DNA of 63,533 nucleotides, filler included, from Octopus bimaculoides (taxonomy: Eukaryota): the NCBI RefSeq assembly GCF_001194135.2. It is 10 parts of 8 records of this genome, joined end to end, with 100 filler letters (N's around TTAATTAATTAA, not from the genome) between each part and the next. Parts side by side here need not be neighbours in the genome. Positions count along the whole stretch, not along the records: positions 62,336 to 63,533 come from NW_026329716.1; 9 more parts are not named here. One strand, 5' to 3'. The notes below the pieces were generated by a model. That model saw only the letters and a program-made list of their open reading frames with translations. It had not been told where the DNA came from and ran no database searches. The position numbers were made by a program, and so were the translations under genes. Below, one piece after another: positions 62,675 through 63,533 of this stretch; position 1 is the first letter of the stretch, and the number at the start of each line of letters is the position of its first letter.

Positions 62675-62885
62675 TTCTGCTCTAGGCACAGGCCCGAAGT
62701 TTTGGTGTAGGAAGCCTATCGATTAGATCGACTCCTGGACGCAAATGGTACTGAATTTATCGACCCCGGAAAATTGAAAGGCAAAGTCGACCTCGGCCGA
62801 ATTTGAACTCCGAATGTAAACACAGATGAAATACCGTTAAGCATTTCGCCCGGCGAAATGACCTTTCTGCCAGATCACCGCTTTA
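62675..62885 (-). mobile_element. SINE family B
   Basis: GAAAGGCAAAGTCGACCTCGGCCGAATTTGAACTCC...AAGCATTTCGCCCGGCG. Confidence 0.8.
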
Positions 62886-63495
62886 CGGGTTGCAAAATGT
62901 ACAGGCTCTGTATAGTTGACAGAGCATTAATCATTTGTGGACTTTGAGTGAACATTAATCATTCGAAACTCGAGAGCAGGTATATTGTTTACAAGGTGCA
63001 TGCATGTAGTAAAGTTAGTGCTATTAAACTGGAATTTGCTCTCTTCCTCATCTGATTGAACACATGCTATAACGCACTTCAAACTTTCCCATTTACAACA
63101 ACCACCACTGCCTATCGACCTTTTAGATGATTGTGCCTTGGTAAAACACACTAAACACTTAACATTAACAATTCTCTTTCCCTTGCGGGATACAGGTCCG
63201 TAGCCAAGTTTTCATTAAAAATTATCCCTCTTCTCAAAGAAATTTATGGATTTTTTCAAGAATTTTGTTCATATACTAGCATTTTTCGTTCACGTAAATC
63301 CTTTATTGACCAGTCATCTTGATCGAGATTGTCGATGCTAAATTGCAGGTTTATGTAATTCTAAATTGCCAAATTTGTCATACTTCCATTCAGAGAGTAA
63401 TATGATTTTCAGCGATATTCAGAATGTAACGGCAGACGGAATACCGCTAAGCGTTTCGCCCGGCATGCTAACGATTCTACCATCTCACCACCTTA

Positions 63496-63533
<38 letters not shown>

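Overview
AT-rich, microsatellite-saturated eukaryotic genomic DNA from a gapped draft assembly, with nine artificial N44-TTAATTAATTAA-N44 linkers. The repeat landscape (several tRNA-derived SINE families in many copies, dense TA/CA/TATG/AAT tracts) suggests a coleoid cephalopod such as Octopus; this is an inference. Only one host exon is well supported: a 96-nt phase-1/1 EGF-like exon at 55819-55914 (+), so most of the window is probably intron or flank of a large EGF-repeat gene. The rest is decayed mobile DNA: two full-length mariners with intact TIRs, two Tc1 relics, two relics of one hAT-like family, a Ty3/Gypsy internal region, a solo LTR with a 5-bp TSD, Penelope-like RT and GIY-YIG fragments, R4/Dong-like and HERO-like non-LTR fragments, a Helentron-type non-autonomous element, MITEs and many SINEs. 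The most notable observations are a minimal hammerhead ribozyme motif (13020-13065, -), a ~370-bp fold-back palindrome (2511-2882), two R4/Dong fragments that each start at an (AAT)n tract, and two ~70-77-bp flank duplications beside broken DNA transposons. I found no clearly novel multi-gene system. All alignments and identities were judged by eye.
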